Positions 8,237-20,400 of a stretch of 64,000 nt of DNA are shown here, piece after piece. Source of the DNA: Macrostomum lignano (lineage: Eukaryota); NCBI GenBank assembly GCA_002269645.1, contig NIVC01000642.1, forward strand, positions 62,001-126,000, written 5' to 3'. The translations under genes and the position numbers were made by a program. Under the pieces are notes generated by a model. That model worked only from the letters and a program-made list of their open reading frames with translations, had not been told where the DNA came from and did no database searches. Position 1 is the first letter of the stretch, and every line of letters begins with the position of its first letter.

Positions 8237-9126
8237 ATTAATGGGATTCTTGGAATTTCTGAAAGGTATACTAGTTTTATTACTAATAGGAGTAAGCCAA
8301 TGGTTGCTCCTGGTGGCGTGAGTGTCCGAGCGGCAAGACACTGTCTAAAGGTTAAACTGTCCGAGGGAGGGCTACACGGCGGATCAGAGTTGCCTGGGGA
8401 ATTATCGCACGATGGGAATTTCTAATAGCTAATAGGGAATGATTTCATGGGGAAGAATTCACTTAATGGAATCGCTAAAAGAAAAGGGGGGGCTGAGATT
8501 TCTAATAGTTAAACTTCAAAGTAGGGGAACGAAATACCGAGTCAGTTGGGAGTTAGAGTTGGGCCAGATAACTGGGCGACAGTAGGTCTGGGTAGGGAGT
8601 TGGCTGAACTCCAGGTCAAATTCTGGGGTCTGGGGGTTAGGAAAGGAAGAGAGACAAAGCTCTTGTTCACTGGGGAAGGGGTGAGGTAATTACTGCGCGT
8701 GTCTGCGGGGTTGAAGGGGGAGAGGCTGTACGCTTATAGCTGAACAGATCCTTCTTGGGGAGAGGGGAGAGGCTGTATGCTTTGGCTGAACAGACCTTGG
8801 GACAAGGGCTGAGCGCCTAAAGAAGGAACAGTGAGTCAGGCAATGCCCAATTAAAACCTTTGCTAGACTATAGAAAGTGCTAGACGAGGAGTATGCTCTC
8901 CTGTCAATTATTGCGCTTATATTTATATGTTTTTCAGCAAAAATGGCGGACATAGTTAAACAAAATTTCCACTAAGTAACAGATTTACTAGTACTAATGG
9001 CAAGTGAGTATTTATGGCTAAGAAAATAATATTTTATGCTTATAGATGTCAAGTTTTTTATCAGGAACAAAATTTGTGCGTAAAGAAAGGCAACGTGAAT
9101 ACAGTTATTATTAAGCACCCGCCACA
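8073..9126 (-). repeat. 5' LTR (U5 end ambiguous: 8073, 8124, 8176 or 8226)
   Basis: TG start at 9126, TATA-like ATATAAATATAA at 8917-8928, AATAAA at 8276-8281 (minus strand), identity to 1-750. Confidence 0.9.
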
Positions 9127-11087
9127 TTCTTTTGTCAAATTTTAATTTTCCGCTGTATCTATCTTTACAAAAAATTGTACCTGTAAACTTATGGTTTTTT
9201 GCTTACAATGGTACTGTACTAAATTATATTTATTTCCTTGTTAGATTCTCTAAATTGCAAAAGTAATGCACTGCTTTATTATCATGCATATTGAATATTA
9301 AGGATAGTTAGTATTCCTTCCTTGAAAAAGATTCTAGAGTTGGATTCTATTTGATAAGAGAATAAATAATTTATTGAGTTTAAATGTTTTTAAAACATTA
9401 ATTAATTGCATTTTGATGGAAATCACAACTTAAAAAATTATTCGTTTTTTTATTTAAGACACGGGGGATTTTAAAAATCCATATTAACAGCAAATCAATC
9501 ATTAACATTATGGGAGAGAGAGAGAGAGAAGGATTAGATTCACTTTCACCATTGCTGTTGATTTATGGAAAGGCAGTAAACAAGCCAGAGCAGCTGCAAA
9601 TAGTCAAATATGCCATGTCCGGCAATAAAATTCTGCAACTAGTCTGCTGCTCACTTTTTCCAACGTTTATTGAGGACAAGAAACGGCATTTAATGTTTCT
9701 ATGTTTTCTGTAAGTGCACCAACTAGGTAAATGAAAATGACGTACCGAAAGTAGTTCGACAATAAAGCAAGATAAGAAATGAATTTAAATGTAGAATAAA
9801 ACTTGTTGATACTACCAATCTCATGGTTGTTAGAAGTATATGAAAAAGTGCAATTATAAATAAATATTTACATTTTTATTCGAAAGCCAAAGTATATTTA
9901 TTCAAGCAAAACAACGATCAAAACTCGATTTTTGTTAACATAAGGGGTGTCCAATGTGCCAATGGTGCCCTGCTTTTATACAGACCCGAATCAGTGAACC
10001 CTTGAAATTTTGTACACGTACATGTACACTAAACTCCCCCTGCTAATAAAGAGGCTAGCCTTGTCCCGGTACAACCTGCTTTTGTGCACCAGGGTTTCAA
10101 GAAACAGTACATATATAAATCGAATCTGGCAAAAATGAGCTTTAAATCAATATCAATTAAAGCTGCAGCTGCATGCAGCTTCATAAATAAATCAGCTGCT
10201 CAGCTCAATCCCGGGGTCCTTGGCAAGAACCATGCAGATACCAATTTTGGAATGACCAAATAATAGTCCACAGTGAAACCTTCACTACACAACTATATTA
10301 AAATGCAATAGAGTAACATGTTATGCGTGCTAAATAAAAAGAATGGTTATCTTTATAACTGGCCCTAGATCAAATCCAATCATTGATTTTGTGACGAAAA
10401 AATGATTTTCTCCTATCTCCGCAGTGTATTTTTTCCAGGAAATCGACCTCCTAAAAATTTACACGATCTTTGAGTTTTACGTCCTGCTATATACAGGGTG
10501 GTCCTTGGGTCCACGTCACACACCATCATGGATGCTCCAAAACGGCCGCAAGCCAAGCCGCGAACAACCTTCATATACCCGCGCCTCCGGATCCCGCGTG
10601 CGGGGGCTGCATTACTAGTGCTGCGGATACATGTACCCATCATTGGGACGACGGAACCCCGCCGCAATAGCACCTTGAGGACCAGCATGCAGAAACCAGA
10701 GCTCCTGTTTCTGAAGTTAAACTACATGTATAATGACACATTTGACATTTGTATTATTAAATTTTGAAAATATTTATCTATGCAGAATTTGTTGAACTAA
10801 ATAAAATAGTTACAACTATCTATTGCATTCTTTTCTTCCAGTTTTCTGTATGTTTAGTGTGGCAAATGCATGGAATTTCGAAGTTGCAATGCAACTAGGC
10901 CTAGCAATTTTTTATTTTTTTCATTTTCAAATATTGTTAAAACTTAAAAGGAAAAAAATCTTAATAATTATTTTTATAATAAAAGCTTTAATAAACCTTT
11001 ATATTTATATAGTTCATATGTAGCAACAAATAAATTCATATGAATGAGATCCAATTTATAGTGACATTATATTATACACATTAAGTA

Positions 11088-11651
11088 TTTTGGCAATTTT
11101 CCTTTTCTGTATGTTAAATTATTTTTTCAATGGAAACATATTGGGAACATTGTGAAACACAAAAAAATGATGTAACTGAATAGAACAAGTGTAGTGTTGA
11201 TTAGTGTTCACTTAGCACTCAGCACTCTGGTCTCTGCAATGGTATTTATATGACATAGTAGTGGGCAATCCAGTAGAGCATGTTGCCGAAGGTGTTGGTG
11301 GGATGCATTTTGTGCCATATGAATTCTTCTAGGTAGGACTCAAACAGAGCATTACTAGTACCATGCATGGCACGAAATTTGGCCTTGCAGTGCCGCAGTG
11401 CGCTCATGTCCCCTCAATGAGATTTGTGTGTGCAGCACTGTTAGGTCCTAAGGATTAACAAACGCCAGCTGGTGGTTCACAACTTGGTGGTATACACCTG
11501 CAGCCTGAAGCTGGGCATAAGGTCCAGCCATGTTGTTCAAGATATGATGATCAGGCTGAAAAGTTACATCATTTTTGAGTGTTTCACAATCTTCCCAATA
11601 CGTTTCCATTGAAAAAATAATTTAACAAATGGAAAAGGAAAATTGCCAATA
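11088..11651. mobile_element. MITE/foldback element with ~90-bp imperfect terminal inverted repeats
   Basis: 11088-11177 is the reverse complement of 11562-11651 (ttggcaattttccttt...gatgtaact / agttacatc...aaattgccaa). No coding capacity. Confidence 0.7.
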
Positions 11652-12627
11652 TTTTATTATATGATAAATAGCTAGAAAAGTTTAACTTGAAAAATAAAAT
11701 TCTATTACTATTATACAATAATTTACATTAGGAGATGCATCTTAGATTAAAACAAAAGCACTATACATATATATAAAATAGATGCAATCCTACAATCCAT
11801 AAAATCTACAAAAAATATTTTGCTAGATTGTCTATTGCTAGATTGATTAGAAGCCATTGGCATTAGTAACTTGATATATATCAAATATAAATAGGATATT
11901 ATAGTTACTAATAGTTGCATTGTCACAAATCTTGAATTTTTTGAGATCTTAAGATTAAGATTGAGAAAAGTGCTAAGATCTTGATGATCAAGATTGAGTT
12001 TAAGATCTTGTCTGACCCCTAGGCTTAGTTGTAAAGTACCACTGTAATGTCAGCTTTGCTAGCAACAATTTTCATTCATTTTTCTAAAGCTTTGCTCAGT
12101 CTGCTGATGGTCAAAATCTAGTAACCAATTAGAATTGTTCCTTTAACTTCTGCTACATTTGCAATATAAAGAAAGGGTTTGTCTATACTGCATCTGCATC
12201 AAATAGTAGTTGGAGTTGAGGCTTTAGGTTTTGCAAGTTACCTTGGAAATTGCCATTCTTTTTCATGCAATCTTTTTGCTACTAGGCCTAGTTGTTCAAT
12301 GTGCTAATAGGCCTAGTCTAATAGATGCTACGAACTATTGTTTCTTTTATAATACATTCAAAAATATTGGTTTTGCAATCTTTTGGGCACTGCTATTCAC
12401 CTCAATTGAGTGCTTTGTTCATAAGCCAATATCATTTATTTTATTTGATAACCTAATATATGGTCTTTTATTTTAGGGCACATCTTACTCTTCTGCAATA
12501 GGCCTAGTTGCAAATGAAGCTAATAGGCTAATAGCCAGTTCAACCTGAGCTCTGCAGTCTCAAAGTCATGGAGACTTTTATATCCTAAATTTTTAATATT
12601 TTTGTAAAATCTTGTTTGCCTATTATA

Positions 12628-13264
12628 TAGTGTTCCGCCATAAGGAGGGTCCATGTACCATAGCTGTAGCTGTAAGCAAAACTATGGCTTATTCCAATTC
12701 TCCATATTCTGTAGCCGCAGGGACCCCAAAATTACCATATTCCCATAGTTCCCATAGCTGTAGCCATAGTTTTAACAAAGTATAAAAAAATATTTTGAAT
12801 CAAGACGATAACCTAGTGCTTAAACAACTGCAAATTAAATTAGAAAATAAAAGAAACACTCGATTGCCTTTGTAAGATTATATTTTGTCTTTTTTCAGAG
12901 CAACAATGCTTAATTGCTACTGAAAGTACTAACGCTAAACTTTTCAGATTAATAAAAGTTAGAGTTTGCTAGTGTTTTATTGTACTTTTTAGGTATATTT
13001 TATAAGTTTCTAGGTTGATAATACAGTTTACTAAAAGTATATTTGTTTTACTCTACCCGTTTCTAATATTTTTTTTCAATTTTTAACATTAATAACTATG
13101 GCTACAGGAATCTATGGAATGTGACAGCAACTACCATATTTCCGTAGTTGTAGCTGTAAGAGCAGCTAGCTACTGTAGGCGGATCCGTAGCTGCCGTACG
13201 CACCTATTTTACCATATTTGCCATAGGATCCCATAGCCATAGCTATAGCTACAGCGGAACAATA
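12628..13264. mobile_element. Probable MITE
   Basis: Short TIR TAGTGTTCCGC / GCGGAACAATA, with repeated ccatagc(t/c)rtagc motifs near both ends, in AT-rich flanks. Confidence 0.5.
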
Positions 13265-13918
13265 CTATTATATATTAGGCTACAACCTACTATTAGGCAC
13301 TGTGGTCATTTTAAATAATTTGAAACAGTGTCTTTTGGCCTGAATTATATATTTTATTAGCCTAGTAATTATTTTTTGTTATAATTTTATATTTTTATAT
13401 AATTTTATATATTTTGAATAGCTTTTTATTCTACAACTCACCATTTCTATTCAATTTTAAAAACACAAAAGCCCCCTATTTTTGTTTCACTTATTTAGTC
13501 TTGTCTTTCAATGAAAAAAATAATATAGCAGTGTAGCCTAGGGTCTAGTTTGTTATTATCCTAATAAAACCCATATATATGTATATATATATATATTAAT
13601 GAATTTTTTCTTGATGAATAAGTAATTTCTTTCTTTCAAGTTCATGTTTGCTTTTTTCAAATATGCATTTTCTACATATTTGTACTCAATGACTTAACAT
13701 AATATAGACCCTATATATTGGAATATAAAGATGAAAAGATAAAGATAAATTAAATTAAATATGAAAAGCCATATCTCTTAATTTTATTTTTTAGACAATG
13801 TAATTAAAGACAATGGATAGTTCTTCTTTACCTATATTTTCCTATTAGGACAGGTGTTGGGCCTAGTCTATTATTATTATTGTGTATTTATGACTGACAA
13901 CTAGATCACAAATTAAGC

Positions 13919-14311
13919 ATGCAAGTGGTTAACGAATGCAACCAGGTGCTTACTAATGCGGAGGTGTACGAACTCCTTGATGGTATTCGAAAAAGCAAGC
14001 GTACCGTTGGACAGCGCAACTCAGCCTTGAAGAACCTGGCCACCCTGACTCACACGGCTCATAAATTCCTCGCTGAGCAGACGCCTGCCCCTACTCAGAC
14101 CAGCTCAGCCATTACTGCCTTCCTTACTGACATCCGCCAGTTCAACCTGAGCCGGTAGGAGGCTCTGCAGCTGGTGAACCTGTGTCCCCGGTCACCAGTT
14201 GAAGTTCACGTCATTGTGGATGATTGCAACCAGCGACTGACTGACGAGCAGGTGCAGATGCTGCTGGATCTGGTAGCTAAGTGGTTTCCAGATAGCTCCA
14301 ACTCTAGCTGA
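13919..14311 (+). pseudogene. CRCP: RNA polymerase III subunit RPC9/CRCP (Rpb4/HRDC family), intronless, with in-frame TAG at 14156-14158
   Basis: N-terminal LTNAEVYELL and LATLTH. The frame continues past the TAG as FNLSR*EALQLVNLCPRSPVEVHVIVDDCNQRLTDEQV, matching the family pattern FKLTKAEKLQLLN.RP...E...VEE.EERLTEEQI. Confidence 0.8.
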
Positions 14312-14542
14312 CTGACTGCTGGCATTTTACTGCACTGCTCTGTATTAAATAGCATTTTACTTGCATATCGCATCGAAAATATAGATTTTACAAATATTCA
14401 ATTGTAATTGAAGTTATTAACTTGTTTATTTCAAATTTGATCTATTATTTACATTTAAAGCACTCCCTATAGACATAGAATGCGGCAATTTAGATCTAGA
14501 AATAAATTAAATTCTGATTAGGAATTATTCTGTATGGCATAG

Positions 14543-15012
14543 AGGACTCTATCCTAATCGGGAGGGACCCCATAAATGACTCTATCCTAATCGGGAGTGA
14601 CCCCATAAATAAATCTATCCTAATCGGGAGTGACCCCATAAATGACTCTATCCTAATCGGGAGTGACCCCATAAATGACTCTATCCTAATCGGGAGTGAC
14701 CCCATAAATGACTCTATCCTAATCGGGAGTGACCCCATAAATGACTCTATCCTAATCGGGAGTGACCCCATAAATGACTATCCTAATCGGGAGTGACCCC
14801 ATAAATGACTCTATCCTAATCGGGAGTGACCCCATAAATGACTCTATCCTAATCGGGAGTGACCCCATAAATGACTCTATCCTAATCGGAGTGACCCCAT
14901 AAAGGACTCTATCCTAATCGGGAGTGACCCCATAAATGACTCTATCCTAATCGGGAGTGACCCCATAAAGGACTATCCTAATCGGGAGTGACCCCATAAA
15001 AGACTATCCTGA
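14543..15012. repeat. 33-bp minisatellite (ctatcctaatcgggagtgaccccataaatgact)n, ~14 copies
   Basis: Direct inspection. Confidence 0.95.
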
Positions 15013-15095
15013 TGTGAGTAGATTGCTGAAATTCACAGCGGTGACAAGATGTGATCAGCAGCCGTTACGCCTCCGCAGTTTCAGCGGCAGTTGCC

Positions 15096-15449
15096 ATGGA
15101 CGTAGAGGAAACTTTCCGCCGGCTTCAGTCGCACAAAAGCGTCATTGGGGTGCTGGTGGTCAGCCAAGATGGCGTCCCGATCCGCAGTTCATTCCCAGAT
15201 CGGGACCAGACTCAGCGCTACTGCTCCATGGCCCAGCAGCTGGCTCAGGGCGCCCGAGCTACCCTGGCCGCCTGCGACTCGCCACTGATTGGCGACAGCG
15301 GGGCCGGCAGCATCGGCAGCGAGCTCGTGTTTCTGCGACTGCGTACGAAACGCGGCGAACTGCTTGTGGCGCCTGATCGGGACTTCCTGCTGGCCGTGCT
15401 GCTGGAACTGGCCAGCAGTGGTGACATTGGATCCGGTCTGGCCGGCTGA
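15096..15449 (+). CDS. DYNLRB: Dynein light chain, roadblock type (Roadblock/LC7), ~117 aa
   Basis: MDVEETFRRLQSHKSVIGVLVVSQDGVPIRS...ELVFLRLRTKRGELLVAPDRDFLLAVL is a typical Roadblock/LC7 sequence. The track start at 15051 is a GTG; the real ATG is at 15096. Confidence 0.9.
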   Translation: MDVEETFRRLQSHKSVIGVLVVSQDGVPIRSSFPDRDQTQRYCSMAQQLAQGARATLAACDSPLIGDSGAGSIGSELVFLRLRTKRGELLVAPDRDFLLAVLLELASSGDIGSGLAG

Positions 15450-15514
15450 GTTGGTTGTGGCGCGTCTCTCACCTGACTTAACCTAATGTTAGCGTCTCTT
15501 GTGTCTGTCTCTAA

Positions 15515-16250
15515 AAATGGCGCTTCCCAAATAAAAAAAAATAGCGTATCTCAAATCTAAAAAAACGGAGCTTCTCAAATGAAAAAAATAGCGCATCTCA
15601 AATCTAAAAAATGGCGCTTCTTCTCAAATCTAAAAAATGGCGCCTCTTCTCAGCTTTAGAAAAGTGGCGCGTCTTCTCAAATTTAGAAAAGTGGCGCGTC
15701 TCAAATTAAAAAAATAGCGCATCTCAAATCTAAAAAATGGCGCTTCTTCTCAGCTTTAGAAAAGTGGCGCGTCTCAAATTTAAAAAGTAGCGCATCTCAA
15801 ATAAAAAAGTAGCGCGTCTTCTCAAATCTGAAAAGGGACGCGCCTTCTGAAATCTAAAAAAAGTGACGCGCCTTCTCAAATTTAGAAAAGTGGCGCGTCT
15901 TCTCAAATTTAGAAAAGTGGGCGCGTCTTCTCAAATTTAGAAAAGTGGCGCGTCTTCTCGAATTTAGAAAAGTGGCGCGTCTTCTCAAATTTAGAAAAGT
16001 GGCGCGTCTTCTTAAATCTAAAAAACTGACGCATCTCTCAAATAAAAAAAGTGGCGCGTCTTCTCAAATCTGAGAAAGTGGCGCCCCTTCTCAAATCTGA
16101 AAAGTGACGTGTCTCTCAAATCTAAAAAAGTGGCGCGTCTTCTCAAATCTGAAAAAGTGGCGCGTCTTCTCAAAAAAAAGTGGCGCTTCTCAAATCTAAA
16201 AAGTGACGCGCTTTCTCAAATCTAAAAAGTGGCGCGTCTCAAATCTAAAA
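15515..16250. repeat. Degenerate ~27-bp minisatellite (aaaagtggcgcgtcttctcaaatttag)n
   Basis: Direct inspection; starts just 3' of the roadblock stop. Confidence 0.9.
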
Positions 16251-16825
16251 CGTGGAGGTTCTTATCTACCTCCATGAAAACAGCGCATCTCTTCCGTATC
16301 TCCTACACGTAATGATGAAGGATCTCTACGAGGGAAATCTGTAAGGTGTAATCTGCACTATTCGTAGTACACTGATGCAGTTATTCATATTAAATACTAT
16401 GTTATCTTTTATTGAGGGTGAATCTCAGCGATAACTGTGCAATCACACTGACTTATTATGTTTTACACTCGAGTTTCTACATGTACAGTATGATTTGTTA
16501 TATCAATGTTTTATCGGAGTAGGTACTAAAAAGTCAGTCTTCCCTATAACGGCGCTCGTGCCTTCATTTTGTGCGCGGTAATGTTGTAAGATACTTGCAT
16601 ATCAAAGGTTTGTTTGGTGTTCAGCTTTTTTGATGACTAAAATATTATCTTTTTGTTTTTTTTAATTTTTACACGACGATAGCTTTTCAAATTGTAACTT
16701 TGGTCACAACTATTGATACATTTTAGTGGTGCACACTTAGGTGTGCATGTACATGTGTGAAAAGTTTTTTAGTGGTTTCATCAGTTCGAATGCACAAGTT
16801 TCGTAAGTGCCATAAGAATATATGA

Positions 16826-17025
16826 GGATCATAGGGTTCACTGAAGGATCATATAGGGTTCACTGAAGGATCATATTGCTCACTGAAGGATCATATTGTT
16901 CACTGAAGGATCATAGGGTTTCACTGAAGGATCATATAGGGTTCACTGAAGGATCATATAGGGTTCACTGAAGGATCATATAGGGTTCACTGAAGAATCA
17001 TAGGGTTCACTAAATGATCATATAA
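16826..17025. repeat. ~21-bp minisatellite (catatagggttcactgaagga)n
   Basis: Direct inspection. Confidence 0.9.
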
Positions 17026-17426
17026 AAGAGGGCTTACAAAAGTTAGTTTGCTTCAATTTTGCTTAATAATAATTCTTTAAGATATGTCTACTCGCATGAC
17101 GGGGACCACCTGTGAATTTTCTAAGCCACAAAAAATTTACCTAAATCCAGTTGCTTTCTCCTGCTTGTTCTTATTGTTGTCACAAAACGTTTTACACGGT
17201 GTTAAGTATTATTTATTATTATTATAAATATATTGCAATAAGCAGACTGGTACAACTATTCATAGTTTATTTCACTCAATTTTAATCAAGAAACCATTTT
17301 ATTTGGTTTGATTAAAATGGCAAAATTCTGTTAATCGCAATTTAATTAAGCGTTTTGCATTTTTATTTCTATTGAAATTTATCTTCTAAACACTAAAAGA
17401 TCACATGATTGCACTAAAAGTACAGT

Positions 17427-20400
17427 TTACGAGTAATGCAACAGACTGCCAATCAGCGTTAGCGAATCGGTGCATTCCGAGCGCAGAAAGTGCAGTTCCA
17501 TGGCGTCCTTGGGCTGAAAGTTGAATTGGGATGAACATATTGAATGATTGAAGTTGAATGATTGGGATGCACAAAGAGCTTGCCGGCAAAGACTATTAAA
17601 GCACAATGGGAATTACTTTTTATGTAGATATGGTTGATAATATGAAAAGACGTTATAATCGCCTGAGAAAATAGGTCGGGAATTTCCCTATAAATAGATC
17701 GAGAATCGCCCTCTAAAAATAGAACCGGAATCACCTAAAATTATCCGCAATGCTCCTCTAAAAATAGACCCGGAATCACCCTCTAAAAATAGATCGGGAA
17801 TCGCCCTTAAAACTAGATTAAGAATCGCCATCGAAAAGTACATGTAGACCCGAAATCGCGCGATAAAACTCAGACCCGGAATCTTCCACTAAAATTTGAT
17901 CGGGAATCACCCTCTAGAATAAAAATTTAAAAATAGATCAGGAATCGCCCTCCAAGAACCGCTTGTGAATCAGTAGAGTTGCACTCACAATGCCAGCGAA
18001 ATTCCACACTTCCATCAGCCTGTCCCGACAGGCTACGGACTCGAAGAACTCGCCGCAGACGATCACCCGGGGCACTCCGTACGCGGAGGCGGCGTGGACC
18101 AGCGTGTCAAAGAAGGTCTTGATGAAGGCGTAGCTCAGTGATGCAGCAATGTCGGAATAGCTGGGCTTCAGCTCCTCTGGTGTTTGCGATGAAAACGAAT
18201 AAATATCTCATTGTACTTTTACCAACCGAGTCTGTCACTATTGGCTAAAGTATTTCTCGGTGTACTTTTAGCAACAGAGCCTGTCGTCACTATTGGTTAA
18301 AGTATTTCTCAGTTGTACTTTTGGCAACAGAGCCTGTCACTATTGGCTAAAGTATTTCTCAGTGTACTTTTAGCATCAGAGCCCGTCACTATTGGCTAAA
18401 GTATTTCTCAGTTGTACTTTTAGCAACTGCGCTCGCGTGTCACCATGGCCGCCTCACCCATCGAACGCAGATCGTGCAGCTTGCCCAGCGTGAAGACGGC
18501 AGCGCCCAGGTCGTACTGCCCGTAGGCGGACTCAGCCGGCAGGAGGTCGCCAATAGTCAGGTCCAGCTTGGCAAGGCTGCCTTCGGCCGCAGAAGCCAGG
18601 AATTCGGCCAGGCCGCCATTATCGCTCTGAGGCGGAGGAGGCGAGGTGGAGGCGCTCAGGCATGCCAGGCCGAGCAGATTGCGGTAGCCCAGGATTGGCT
18701 CAGTCAACAGGCGGCGGCAGAACGGCTCCTTGTTGGCTCCCAAGCCGATCTGCGGTGAATGGTCTGTCTCTTTTTTACTATGAATGGTCTGTCACTTCTT
18801 TGCTGTGAATGGTGCATCACATCTTTACTATGTATGGTCTGTCTGTCACTTTTTTACTGTGAATGGTCTGTCACTTTTTTACTGTGAATGGTCTGTCACT
18901 TTTTTACTGTGAATGGTCTGTCACTTCTTTACTGTGAATGGTCTGTCATTTCTTTACTGTGAATGGTCTGTCACTTCTTTACTGTGAATGGTCTGTCACT
19001 TTTTTACTGTGAATGGTCTGTCACTTCTTTACTGTGAATGGTCTGTCACTTCTTTACTGTGAATGGTCTGTCACAATTCTTTACTGTGAATGGTCTGGTC
19101 TGTCACTTCTTTACTGTGAATGGTCTGTCACTTCCTTGCTGTGAATGGTCTGTCACTTTTTTTACTGTGAATGGTCTGTCATTTCTTTACTGTGAATGGT
19201 CTGTCACTTCTTTACTGTGAATGGTCTGTCACTTTTTTACTGTGAATGGTCTGTCACTTCTTTACTGTAAATGGTCTGTCACTTCTTTACTGTGAATGGT
19301 CTGTCACTTCTTTACTGTGAATGGTCTGGTCTGTCACTTCTTTACTGTGAATGGTCTGTCACTTCCTTGCTGTGAATGGTCTGTCACTTTTTTACTGTGA
19401 ATGGTCTGTCACTTCTTTACTGTGAATGGTCTGTCACTTCCTTGCTGTGAATGGTCTGTCACTTTTTTACTGTGAATGGTCTGTCACTTTTTTACTGTGA
19501 ATGGTCTGTCACTTTGTTACTGTGAATGGTCTGTCTGTCACTTCTTTACTGTGAATTGTCTGTCACACCTTGTCTACAGTCAGCTCTCGAGGGCCCATCT
19601 CAGCCACTATCGCCGGGCCACGAGCCGCGCCGCCAGCCTTCAATGCTGCACTGTCCTTGTCGTTGTGACGTCGCATCCGACGCGCTAGACGCTCGTTGAT
19701 GTGACGCCACGATGGCGAGTGGGTCACCAGCTGGGAGCAGTGCGGCGGCTTGGGATGCCACAGAGGCCCAACGGGAGCCCGCAGATCGTCCAGGCCTGAC
19801 AGCCAGCAGAGTGACAGACCCCACAGGTGGCAGAGCCTCGGGTCGGGCCGGGACAGCCTGGGAACCGGGGGGGGGTGGTGAATCGAAGCAATCAGCAGGG
19901 ATACAATACTGATAATAATAATTATAATTACACCTTCTTCAAGAAAATGGCCCGCCTTCTTCAAGAAAATGGCACGCCTTCTTCAATCAAACGGCGCCTC
20001 CTCGAATGAACTGGCGCTTACCCCAATGAACTGGCGCTTACTAGAATGAAATGGCGCTCACTCCAATGCAATGGCGCCTACTCAAATGAAATGACGCTCA
20101 CTCCAATGCAATGGCGCCTACTCAAATGAAATGGCGCTTACCCCAATGAACTGGCGCTTACTAGAATGAAATGGCGCTCACTCCAATGCAATAGCGCCTA
20201 CTCAAATGGCGCCAACTCAAATCAAACGTCGCCTCCGAATGGAATGGCGCCTCCTCGAATGGAATGGCGCCTACTCAAATGAGATGGCGCCTTCTTCAAA
20301 GAAACGGCGCGCCTTCTTAAATCAAACGGCGCGTCCGAATGGAATGGCGCCTACTTCAATGAATTGGCCCCTTCTCAAATGAAATGGCGCCTTGCCAAAT

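Larger units (their letters stand above)
1..9126 (-). mobile_element. Ty3/gypsy (Metaviridae) LTR retrotransposon, near full length; the 3' LTR runs off the window start
   Basis: Two near-identical LTR copies (1-750 = 8380-9126), tRNA-Leu PBS, gag ORF, pol with domain order PR-RT-RNaseH-IN, no stops or frameshifts inside gag or pol. Confidence 0.97.

Noticed and set aside
8226-8238. CCCATAAC in module 1 matches the initiator tRNA-Met anticodon loop
   Set aside because: Only 8 nt, same-sense rather than complementary, and not kept in the other modules; likely chance.
10411-10500. Similarity to 42601-42680 (CCTATCTCCG.AGTG...)
   Set aside because: Probably a degraded dispersed repeat, but ends and class could not be defined.
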